Shown one piece after another: positions 58,425 to 64,000 of a DNA stretch of 64,000 nt. Location: positions 233,908 through 297,907 of the forward strand of contig DAOOTD010000002.1 of NCBI GenBank assembly GCA_035390125.1. Reading direction: 5' to 3'. The notes under the pieces are model-generated. The model worked only from the letters and a program-made list of their open reading frames with translations. It was not told where the DNA came from and made no database searches. Position numbers and translations under genes: made by a program. The DNA is from Candidatus Moraniibacteriota bacterium (GTDB lineage Bacteria > Patescibacteriota > Minisyncoccia > Moranbacterales > GWC2-37-73). Within the stretch, counting starts at the first letter, position 1, and the number at the start of each line of letters is the position of its first letter.

Positions 58425-59909
58425 TTATAGATAGTATCTGAAAATTATATTGTTAAAAATTATATATAGCATGAATGTCATCATCAGAACCAGGCCAATA
58501 ATAAGAGAATATTCAAAATATTTTTGTCCATTAGAGGCTGATCCGTCTCGGGCGAATATTTTCTCCAGAAGAATTCCAAGTCCAGTGAAAACTAAAATAA
58601 TATGCGAGGTCAGATTCGGGATGAAATATCTTCCGGGAGTTCCAGTTTCAATGTGGCCATCATTATTATGAAAAAACATCCAATCGGCAAATCTTATTCC
58701 AAGCTGAAGCAATGCGAGCATTATTAAGAGAAAAACAATGTATTTTTTTTCAGGCAGATGTGAAAACTTTTTTTTCGAAAAGATAAAAAATGCAATTCCG
58801 ACAGCCGCAATAGCCTGGATAAGCCAGATTATATTGGTTCCATTACTGATACCCCAATTTTTTGTCCATGACAACATGCCCCAATAAGTCCTTGATGACA
58901 AGCCAAATCTGCCTATGGTAAGAGTTTTTGACAAATAATCCTTTACAGAAATAAATAGGTTGCAAATATTGGATATATTGTCAGGAAGATATTTTTTAAA
59001 ATAAATCAGAAGAGAAGCTGTTATGCAGGCAAAAATAAAAAGTGCGATATATTTTATTTTTCTGTTTTTATTCTTTACTTTTTCGTATAAAAAATACATA
59101 AACAACAGGGCAGCTCCTATCAAAAGAACAGATGCGGTCGGTTTAGTCAAAATTCCCAAAAAAACCGAAACAATAATCAGGAAAATATTTTTCCAATTCG
59201 GTCCGTTTTTCAGAGCCAAGATGCCTCCGAGTGTAAAAAGTGCAAACGTCAAAATCAGCAAAGCATCAGAATTTATGGTTGCATAATAGATCGAAAATCT
59301 TGGCTGGAAAGAAACAATAGCTGTCAAAAGCAAACTGTTTTTTGCGGAAAAACCGATATTTTTCGCAATTAAATAAGAAAATAAAATAAAAAGTGTTCCC
59401 AAAAAAACTGAAAAAATTCTAATCAGGTAATAACGGACAAGAATATTTTGATTGCCGAAACTTTTTTCTATGACGGTCAACAGGTTATGATATATTGATT
59501 TTTTGCCTACTTTGTTTGGAGGATAATATTCATTGTATTGATGCCAATCATTATTGATTATCTTATATTCATTTTTTCCATCATGGCCTTGGATAAAAGA
59601 AAAGGTATTGTAAAGATATTCAGTTGCATTGTCATAATCGATAGCCTTAGCTGTTTCTAATACTTCCTGAGAATAATTAAATTTTTGGATTGAATTTTTG
59701 TCTTCTACTTTTCTTTCAACAATAGGCCAAGTTACAGGTCGCTGTTCTGATAGATACTGGATGCTACTGTAATGCCTGGCTTCGTCTTGACCAACAAAAA
59801 TAGGCGTTATGGATGCCAAAAAAACACCTTTCAGAAAAAAGATAGTCAAAATAAGCGCTAAAATAGAAACTGGTTTCTTGAAAAAGGCAAAAAATTGAAA
59901 TTTTTCCAT
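58425..59909 (-). CDS. GT-C fold membrane glycosyltransferase (DUF2142/ArnT-like)
   Basis: P..QDEARH, R.FSV, INSD, TKP, GRYF; multiple TM segments. Confidence 0.75.
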   Translation of the reverse strand: MEKFQFFAFFKKPVSILALILTIFFLKGVFLASITPIFVGQDEARHYSSIQYLSEQRPVTWPIVERKVEDKNSIQKFNYSQEVLETAKAIDYDNATEYLYNTFSFIQGHDGKNEYKIINNDWHQYNEYYPPNKVGKKSIYHNLLTVIEKSFGNQNILVRYYLIRIFSVFLGTLFILFSYLIAKNIGFSAKNSLLLTAIVSFQPRFSIYYATINSDALLILTFALFTLGGILALKNGPNWKNIFLIIVSVFLGILTKPTASVLLIGAALLFMYFLYEKVKNKNRKIKYIALFIFACITASLLIYFKKYLPDNISNICNLFISVKDYLSKTLTIGRFGLSSRTYWGMLSWTKNWGISNGTNIIWLIQAIAAVGIAFFIFSKKKFSHLPEKKYIVFLLIMLALLQLGIRFADWMFFHNNDGHIETGTPGRYFIPNLTSHIILVFTGLGILLEKIFARDGSASNGQKYFEYSLIIGLVLMMTFMLYIIFNNIIFRYYL

Positions 59910-60039
59910 AACTAAAGTATACTTTAACTATTATCATAAGGCAATAAAAATGGCTATATATTCCATAAAATAATTGAATTTTAATCTTTTAACTTTAAAT
60001 ATTTTATGAAAATTCTCGTAACCGGTGGTGCCGGCTTTA

Positions 60040-60328
60040 CCCGCCCGCATCGCCAGCGAGCATAGAAATGATATGTATTACACATATATTCTAGAAAGTA
60101 GCAAGGATAAAAACCTGTATATAGGATGGACGAATGATTTAAAAAAACGTTTCGAAAAGCATAATGCAGGAAAAGTTTTTTCAACAAAAATAAGAAGGCC
60201 ATTTGAATTAATATATTACGAGGCTTGTCTATCCAAGGAGGCTGCAATAAAAAGAGAAAAATATTTTAAAACAGGTTTTGGTCGTAGATTCTTAAAGAAT
60301 AGACTTGCTGGCTCGCGTGGCGGGCGGG
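60040..60328 (+). mobile_element. 289-bp GIY-YIG-carrying insertion with GC-rich terminal inverted repeats
   Basis: CCCGCCCGC.../...GCGGGCGGG ends (19 of 23 bp complementary); precise insertion in a conserved motif. Confidence 0.75.
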
Positions 60329-60345
60329 TAGGATCTAATATTTAA
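60073..60345 (+). CDS. GIY-YIG nuclease family protein
   Basis: YYTYIL..LYIGWTNDLKKRFEKHNAG..ST..RP..YYE..A..RE. Confidence 0.92.
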   Translation: MYYTYILESSKDKNLYIGWTNDLKKRFEKHNAGKVFSTKIRRPFELIYYEACLSKEAAIKREKYFKTGFGRRFLKNRLAGSRGGRVGSNI

Positions 60346-60365
60346 AAAACTAAATTTTAAAAAAT

Positions 60366-61322
60366 ATGAAAGTATTGATAACAGGAGGAGCTGGCTTTAT
60401 CGGTTCTCATATAACTAAAAAACTGCTCAAAAGAGGCGACAGCGTTGTTTGCATTGATAATTTCAATGATTATTATTCTCCGGACATAAAAGAAAGGAAT
60501 GTCGAACCCTTTTTGGAAAATCCCAATTATAAGCTATATCGTGGTGATATTGCGGATTATGAAATGATGAAAAACATTTTCGAATCGGAAAAAATTGAAA
60601 GAGTTTGCCACTGTGCCGCCAGAGCCGGCGTGCGGGCCAGCATTGAAAACCCCTTTATTTATGAAGAAACTAATGTGAAAGGAACCCTTAATCTGCTTCA
60701 TTTGTCAAAAGAATTTAAAATTGAAAATTTTGTTCTATTCAGCACTTCTTCGGTGTATGGTGAAACAGAAAAGATACCATTTTCTGAAAAAGATGAAGTT
60801 AATCCAATTGCTCCTTATTCCGCGACCAAAATGGCGACCGAAATTTTAGGAAAAGTTTACCATCATGTGCACGGACTTAATGTTAATGTGATTCGTCCCT
60901 TTAATGTCTATGGCCCAAGTGGAAGACCGGATATGATTCCTTTCAAATTTACGCGCCTTATTGACGAGGGTGGGGAAATCACCAAATTCGGCGATGGAAC
61001 AATGAAACGTGATCACACTTATATCGATGATTTTGTGGAAGGAACTGTTTCGGCCATAGATAAAATTTTCGGTTTTGAAGTTTTTAATCTCGGAAATTCC
61101 AATCCGGTGGAGCTTAATCATTTCATAGAAGTAGTGGAAAATCTTCTAAGGAAAAAAGCGAAAATAAAAAATGTTCCAACTCCTTCGACAGAACTGCCGA
61201 TAACCTATGCCGATGTTTCCAAAGCCAAGGAAATGCTGGGCTATGAACCGAAAGTAAAAATTGAAGAAGGAATGAAAAGATTCGTGGAATGGTATCAGGA
61301 AAATAAAAAATTATACAAATAA
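60366..61322 (+). CDS. NAD-dependent epimerase/dehydratase (UDP-glucuronate 4-epimerase-like)
   Basis: TGGAGFIG, AARAGVR, YSATK, VYGP.GRPDM, RDHTYIDD. Confidence 0.92.
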   Translation: MKVLITGGAGFIGSHITKKLLKRGDSVVCIDNFNDYYSPDIKERNVEPFLENPNYKLYRGDIADYEMMKNIFESEKIERVCHCAARAGVRASIENPFIYEETNVKGTLNLLHLSKEFKIENFVLFSTSSVYGETEKIPFSEKDEVNPIAPYSATKMATEILGKVYHHVHGLNVNVIRPFNVYGPSGRPDMIPFKFTRLIDEGGEITKFGDGTMKRDHTYIDDFVEGTVSAIDKIFGFEVFNLGNSNPVELNHFIEVVENLLRKKAKIKNVPTPSTELPITYADVSKAKEMLGYEPKVKIEEGMKRFVEWYQENKKLYK

Positions 61323-61367
61323 CATATTTAAAAATAACTTTTCTTAAAGAATAATTCCCAGTAAAAT

Positions 61368-62324
61368 ATGAAAAAAATATTTTTTTGGCCTAGGTTTATT
61401 TTGTCTGCAAATAGATATATTAATAAAAAAATAAATCATATCTTCTATCATATAAAAATAAAAATAGGAAATATTTTTTGCAATTATTGCTGTAGCGGCA
61501 TAAAACTTGCTTATTATAATGGTGTACCAAATTTTGGTGACTTATTAAACAAAGATATAATGAAATATTTGGGGGTTAATTATTGTTGTACAAGTTTTCA
61601 TAAATCAAATTTGTTGGCTATCGGAAGTATCTTAGGAGAAATTACTACTAATAATGATGTAGAAAAATTATCTAATCATGGCATCATAAATATTTGGGGA
61701 TCAGGTTTTATTAAAAAAGAGACATTAAGTAAAGAACATTTTATAAAAAACGTTAACATACATGCTTTAAGAGGAAATCTTTCAAAAAGTAGATGTGAAA
61801 AAATTTTAGGTTTTAATCTTAACAATATTGCACTTGGAGATCCGGGATTGTTAGCGGCAAGAGCTATTAAGTTTGATAATGTAGAAAAAAAATACGACGT
61901 TGGTATTGTTCCACATTATGTAGATAAAAATAGTAAGTTTTTAAATAATATAAAATTAAATCATAAAAGTTATAAAATTATAGATGTACAAGATGATACA
62001 AAAAAAGTATGCAAGGAGATAAATGAATGTAAACTTATTTTATCTTCAGCTATGCATGGACTAATTGTATCGGATAGCTATGGTATTCCTAATAAATGGA
62101 TTAGATTATCCGATGATGTTTTCGGTGGTGATTATAAGTTTAACGATTATTATTCTGTTTTTGATATTGCAGGAGTCAATCCGGTTGACTTGAGAAAAAA
62201 ATATATTATTGATAAAGATATAGATATATTTATTGATAATTATCAAATAAAAAAAGAAGAAGTTTCTAATATTTGTTTAAGATTAGAAGAATCTTTCTCT
62301 TATTTATATAAGAATAAAAAATAA
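61368..62324 (+). CDS. Polysaccharide pyruvyl transferase family (ExoV-like)
   Basis: NFGD, IGSIL, WGSG, LRG, GDPG, VPH, SSAMHG..SDSYGIP. Confidence 0.88.
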   Translation: MKKIFFWPRFILSANRYINKKINHIFYHIKIKIGNIFCNYCCSGIKLAYYNGVPNFGDLLNKDIMKYLGVNYCCTSFHKSNLLAIGSILGEITTNNDVEKLSNHGIINIWGSGFIKKETLSKEHFIKNVNIHALRGNLSKSRCEKILGFNLNNIALGDPGLLAARAIKFDNVEKKYDVGIVPHYVDKNSKFLNNIKLNHKSYKIIDVQDDTKKVCKEINECKLILSSAMHGLIVSDSYGIPNKWIRLSDDVFGGDYKFNDYYSVFDIAGVNPVDLRKKYIIDKDIDIFIDNYQIKKEEVSNICLRLEESFSYLYKNKK

Positions 62325-62395
62325 TTTTTTATTTGATCATTTTTTGAGTAAATCTTATTATTATAACGATTTATATTATCAAGATAAAGCCGATA

Positions 62396-63679
62396 ATGAT
62401 TTATATTATTAAAAAAATGATACGCAATATTTTATTAAAATATGGGGAAAAAATAGGGATAGATCTTCCATATTTTGTTAAGCATGGATTTTTTGCGACT
62501 ATGAGGCAAATTGTCGATTTATTGGCTGGATTATTGCTTGCGATTATGTTTGCAAGGTTTGCGACAAAGGATGTTTTTGGTCATTATCAATTTGTCATTG
62601 CAATTTTTTCCATAGTTTCAATTCTTTCTTTGCCGGGACTTAATACTTCAGTCGCTAGATCGGCAGCAATTGGAAAAGACGGGGATTATAAAAATGCTGT
62701 AAAAAAAAGTTTTATATATAGTCTCTGGGGTATTCCCATTTTGTTTATTATCGGAGTTTTTTATTATTTGACACAGAGCCAAGAATTGGGAATAGCTTTT
62801 GCGATCTCCTCATTTTTTTTCCCTCTTTTTTATGCTCCCAATACCTGGGGATCTTTTCTTCAGGGAAAAGGAAGATTTGATGTTTTCTTTAAGTTTGGAT
62901 CAACCCAGTCAATAATCAATGCAATCATTACAAGCATTGTGGTATTTTTAAACCAAAATAACTTATTACCGATAATATTTACTTATTTTATTACATACAC
63001 TATTTTTAATGCTGCATATTATTTTAAAAGTTTTAAATATGTCGAAAACGACGAAAAAGATCCAGATGCTATAAAGTATGGAAAATTTTTGACAATCATG
63101 AATATTTTTCAGTTGTTGGCTGAAAATGTCGACAAAATAATAGTGGGTCTATTAATGCCGGCATCAAGTCTGGCGGTATATGGGGTAATTTCTATGATAC
63201 CGGTAAGACTAAAGAATGTGTTTGGGTATATATTGAATATAACTTTTTCTAAAATAGCTTCTAAAAATATTGATATTAAAGATTTATTTAAAAGTAACAA
63301 AAAACTTCCATACATTATTTTATTTATGAGTATCTTAATAGGACTTATATATTACGTTTTGATTGAAAAGATAAGTTATTTGTTTTTTGGCAACGGATAT
63401 TCAGATTTTTATCAATACTCAAAAATTTTTACAGTCTTTATGATGTTATTATTGCCATACTCCTTGCTATATATATATGCAAATGCGAAAAAAATGGTTA
63501 AACTTATAAAATCCATATATCCGTTTTTCTTTTTTATCAAATTAATTGTCACAGTAATATTTGTCTATTTTTGGGGGTTGGTCGGGGCTGTAATTGCATA
63601 TAACATTAACGCTTTTATTTTAATATGTTTGTATTTGATTTATATAAACAGAGATAGTAAAAAACTAGGAACGTTTTAA
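62396..63679 (+). CDS. Wzx-like oligosaccharide flippase
   Basis: Multi-TM protein with ARF...FGHY, DKIIVG..LAVY and WGLVGAVIA patterns. Confidence 0.85.
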   Translation: MIYIIKKMIRNILLKYGEKIGIDLPYFVKHGFFATMRQIVDLLAGLLLAIMFARFATKDVFGHYQFVIAIFSIVSILSLPGLNTSVARSAAIGKDGDYKNAVKKSFIYSLWGIPILFIIGVFYYLTQSQELGIAFAISSFFFPLFYAPNTWGSFLQGKGRFDVFFKFGSTQSIINAIITSIVVFLNQNNLLPIIFTYFITYTIFNAAYYFKSFKYVENDEKDPDAIKYGKFLTIMNIFQLLAENVDKIIVGLLMPASSLAVYGVISMIPVRLKNVFGYILNITFSKIASKNIDIKDLFKSNKKLPYIILFMSILIGLIYYVLIEKISYLFFGNGYSDFYQYSKIFTVFMMLLLPYSLLYIYANAKKMVKLIKSIYPFFFFIKLIVTVIFVYFWGLVGAVIAYNINAFILICLYLIYINRDSKKLGTF

Positions 63680-63705
63680 TATTAAATTGTATATAATTTA
63701 AAAAT

Positions 63706-64000
63706 ATGGCAGATGCAAATGATTATTTCATATACATTATTATCCCCACCTATAATCGTGAAAAAATGATAAAAAGAGCTCTTGATTCTGTTATTTCACA
63801 GTCATTTAAAAATTGGAAAGCTATAGTTGTTGATGATGGATCAACGGATGGAACAAAGTTGGTAGTCAATGAATACTCAGAAAAAAACAAAGATAAGATA
63901 ATTTATAAATATAAAAAAAATGGCGGATCCGGCAGTGCGAGAAATTTAGGCATAGAAACCGTTTTAGCTGAAAATCCGAGCGATAACGCATTGATTTCTT
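63706..64000 (+). CDS. GT2 glycosyltransferase (3' truncated by window edge; absent from the ORF track)
   Basis: IIIPTYNR..RALDSVISQ..VVDDGSTD..NGGSGSARNLG. Confidence 0.9.
   Translation, partial: MADANDYFIYIIIPTYNREKMIKRALDSVISQSFKNWKAIVVDDGSTDGTKLVVNEYSEKNKDKIIYKYKKNGGSGSARNLGIETVLAENPSDNALIS

Larger units (their letters stand above)
60006..60345 (+). pseudogene. Remnant of an NAD-dependent epimerase start (MKILVTGGAGF|IGSNI*) split by an insertion
   Basis: 60006-60039 joined to 60329-60345 reads MKILVTGGAGFIGSNI-stop. Confidence 0.8.

Noticed and set aside
60040-60328. Classical IS or Tc1/mariner-type element with TA target duplication
   Set aside because: No transposase; treating TA as duplicated gives an out-of-frame empty site, whereas no duplication restores FIGSN.
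263-63315. Many short opposite-strand or alternate-frame ORFs in the track (e.g. 1461-2081, 18048-18563, 26533-27039, 9651-9902)
   Set aside because: They overlap well-supported genes or tRNAs and have no recognisable motifs.
1-64000. Genetic code 25 (TGA = Gly; Gracilibacteria/Absconditabacteria)
   Set aside because: Long conserved genes are intact under code 11, and TGA serves as the stop of rpsJ at its expected end.

Overview
AT-rich, gene-dense chromosomal segment in standard genetic code 11, most consistent with a Patescibacteria/CPR (Parcubacteria-like) bacterium. That assignment is inferred from the missing rpmD/L30, split ComEC, DUF5652, mostly SD-less core genes and extended ribosomal proteins. 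Contents in order: ftsA-ftsZ; an NrdR-boxed nrdR-nrdD-(small ORF)-nrdG anaerobic ribonucleotide reductase operon; split comEC; ndk; tRNA-Pro; the str, S10 and spc ribosomal clusters through secY-adk-map; a galT-tpi-fba-[NiFe] hydrogenase-gap cluster; a short SMC; HU; a secreted protein with ten Cys-rich repeats; rpsP, the L10 leader and rplJL; CIRCE-hsp20; htrA; tRNA-Gln; dnaX; a P-type ATPase; and the start of a surface-glycan locus. Top leads: (1) an 86-aa stand-alone copy of the NrdD Zn/glycyl-radical tail between nrdD and nrdG, sharing 81 identical bp with nrdD, a candidate GrcA-like 'spare part' for class III RNR; (2) a 289-bp GIY-YIG element with terminal inverted repeats inserted precisely, with no target duplication, into the GGAGF|IGS motif of an epimerase; (3) an SMC with no recognisable hinge; (4) a two-subunit hydrogenase-like pair without a maturation tail inside a glycolytic operon; (5) unannotated structured RNAs. 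All calls come from reading the sequence; no searches were run.
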